NCBI GenBank assembly: GCA_051294905.1
Contig: CM119371.1
Span: 35,528,001 to 35,592,000, forward strand
DNA from: Botryllus schlosseri
Lineage: Eukaryota
DNA: 64,000 nt
Direction of reading: 5' to 3'
In this document: one piece after another, positions 62,515-64,000 of the stretch
Layout of the letters: each line of letters starts with the position of its first letter
Numbering within the stretch: position 1 is the first letter of the stretch
The notes under the pieces: generated by a model
Databases searched by the model: none
What the model saw: only the letters and a program-made list of their open reading frames with translations
Told to the model about the DNA's origin: nothing
Position numbers and translations under genes: made by a program

Positions 62515-63882
62515 ATGGAAGTCTCTTCCTCTGGCAAACGCAAACTGTCGTGTGTTTCTACGGACGTGGTCAATAGTGATAGTGATAGCGATGCTCGTGC
62601 TTCTTTAGCGAAAGTCTCCGCTAAGGATTATGCTAGTCAGCCTACGAAGCAACCTCCTAGCACCCAGGAACCGGAATTGAGCGAGCGACCTCAGGATGGA
62701 GCAGGTCAACAACATAGTAGCCAAATGAGAGTCGTGGTATCAGGTGAAGGCCTTTCGTTGAAGCGCCTCCATCCTACAGTAGTGCATAGGGCACTCTATT
62801 CATTGATCGGCGAATATGAGGGACCTCGTCCTCTTCGGTCAGGAGACCTTCTAATCACATGCACTAGTCCGAAACAGGTTCAAGCTCTCCTCCAGTCTGA
62901 CTGTTTGACAGACAAAGTTTCCGGCTCTAAAATTAACGTAAAAACCTCTCTGTACCCCGAAAAATCATTTGCTAGCAGAGCTGTCATTTCTGGCGTGCCC
63001 CTAGATATCAAGGAGTCAGAACTACTCGACAACCTTAGCGGTGTTGGAGTATCAGCCGTAAAACGCCTTAAGAGGAAAGTCGACAAAGGTTACGACTCCT
63101 GTTCCGCCGTTCTCCTCTACTTCCGCTGTGACAAGGTACCTGAGAGTGTCAATTTCTCTTACCTTCGGTTCTGGACTAGGCCTTATAATCCTCCCCCTTT
63201 GAGATGCTATCGCTGCAATAGGTACGGCCACTCCAAAGAATCGTGTAGAGGAAAAGCAACTTGTAGTAAATGTGGTAGTTCTGACCACGAACATGCCTCG
63301 TGCACGAAGGAAAAATTTTGCATCAACTGCAAAAAACCTCACAGTGCCGCATATGGCGGTTGTAGCGTATATAAAACCGAAGCTAAACTGCAAATTATCA
63401 AAGAACGTACAAAAATCAGTTATTCCGAAGCGAAGGTCGTGTTGAACTCTGCCACCGTTGCTACCTCTTTGCCTACTTCTCATATGGACAGGACTTTTAG
63501 TGAAGTCCTTGCTAACGACTCTACATATTTTCGACAACCACGACCTCGTCGCACTAAAACCAGTTCGATCCTTAGCAAACATACCATTTCCGCTCCTGCT
63601 CCCAATGACGGGGATTTGCGACATTTCAGTCAGACCAAATCGAAAGAAAATACTGTTAGCGATGCTGCTAGCCATAGGCCTACCGAATTGGAAGAGAATA
63701 CCCCTATGTCTTCGTGTCAAACATCCACCCCAGATCTTTCGCAGTTACTTTCCCTACTTGTTGGAATCGTTGAATATACGATGGAGGCTGTCAAATCAGG
63801 TCAATGCAATGCGCTTGAAATCGTTTCCAGAGCATGCCTTAAGCATGGTTTTTCGGCTCCTGCTCCTAAAGTAAATGTCTAA
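62515..63882 (+). CDS. ORF1p of family B, Gag-like, 3xCCHC (455 aa)
   Basis: Knuckles CYRCNRYGHSKESC, CSKCGSSDHEHASC and CINCKKPHSAAYGGC. Shares SGDLL, ASRAVIxGVPL, ESELL, KRLKR, YNPPP and HSAAYGGCxVYK with family A. Confidence 0.95.
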   Translation: MEVSSSGKRKLSCVSTDVVNSDSDSDARASLAKVSAKDYASQPTKQPPSTQEPELSERPQDGAGQQHSSQMRVVVSGEGLSLKRLHPTVVHRALYSLIGEYEGPRPLRSGDLLITCTSPKQVQALLQSDCLTDKVSGSKINVKTSLYPEKSFASRAVISGVPLDIKESELLDNLSGVGVSAVKRLKRKVDKGYDSCSAVLLYFRCDKVPESVNFSYLRFWTRPYNPPPLRCYRCNRYGHSKESCRGKATCSKCGSSDHEHASCTKEKFCINCKKPHSAAYGGCSVYKTEAKLQIIKERTKISYSEAKVVLNSATVATSLPTSHMDRTFSEVLANDSTYFRQPRPRRTKTSSILSKHTISAPAPNDGDLRHFSQTKSKENTVSDAASHRPTELEENTPMSSCQTSTPDLSQLLSLLVGIVEYTMEAVKSGQCNALEIVSRACLKHGFSAPAPKVNV

Positions 63883-64000
63883 TCAAGCTCTTCGTTTCAT
63901 CCAATGGAATTGTAGAGGTATTTATCGTAAACTACCCGAGCTTAAACAATATATCAATAACCTACCAAATACCCCTGATGTGATATTGCTTCAAGAGACT
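63875..64000 (+). CDS. ORF2p of family B, N-terminal 42 aa of the APE endonuclease (partial; absent from the ORF track)
   Basis: Hand translation gives MSNQALRFIQWNCRGIYRKLPELKQYINNLPNTPDVILLQET, against family A MDNKTLTILQWNCRSIYKKLPEFKHFLSTLDHKPDVILLQET. Confidence 0.93.
   Translation, partial: MSNQALRFIQWNCRGIYRKLPELKQYINNLPNTPDVILLQET

Larger units (their letters stand above)
62402..64000 (+). mobile_element. I-group non-LTR retrotransposon, family B (5' part only, cut by the window edge)
   Basis: The satellite stops after TACACGTATAGCT (62389-62401). The 5' UTR carries the motif shared with A. ORF1 is intact and homologous to A, followed by the start of the APE domain. Confidence 0.94.

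Overview
Eukaryotic satellite DNA, probably centromeric or pericentromeric. About 51 kb is a head-to-tail array of a highly homogeneous 210-bp monomer (about 42% GC and 14 CpG per monomer by hand count) with nested higher-order repeats. Three non-LTR retrotransposons of the I group interrupt it, all on the + strand. Family A occurs twice (8008-13562 and 25756-31310, 5555 bp each) and is intact: Gag-like 3xCCHC ORF1, APE endonuclease-RT-RNase H-CCHC ORF2, (TAA)6 tail and a 13-bp TSD, TACACGTATAGCT. The two A copies are one insertion carried on a 17,748-bp tandem duplication (element + TSD + 58 monomers). Family B starts at 62402 and runs off the window. It is a clearly diverged relative of A, yet its 5' junction is at the same monomer nucleotide (after ...AAAATTACACGTATAGCT) and in the same orientation. 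This suggests a lineage of site-specific, satellite-targeting I-group LINEs, which is the main finding. It rests on two independent insertions only, and B's 3' end is not visible. I found no host genes, RNA genes or CRISPR arrays, and the host species cannot be identified from this window.
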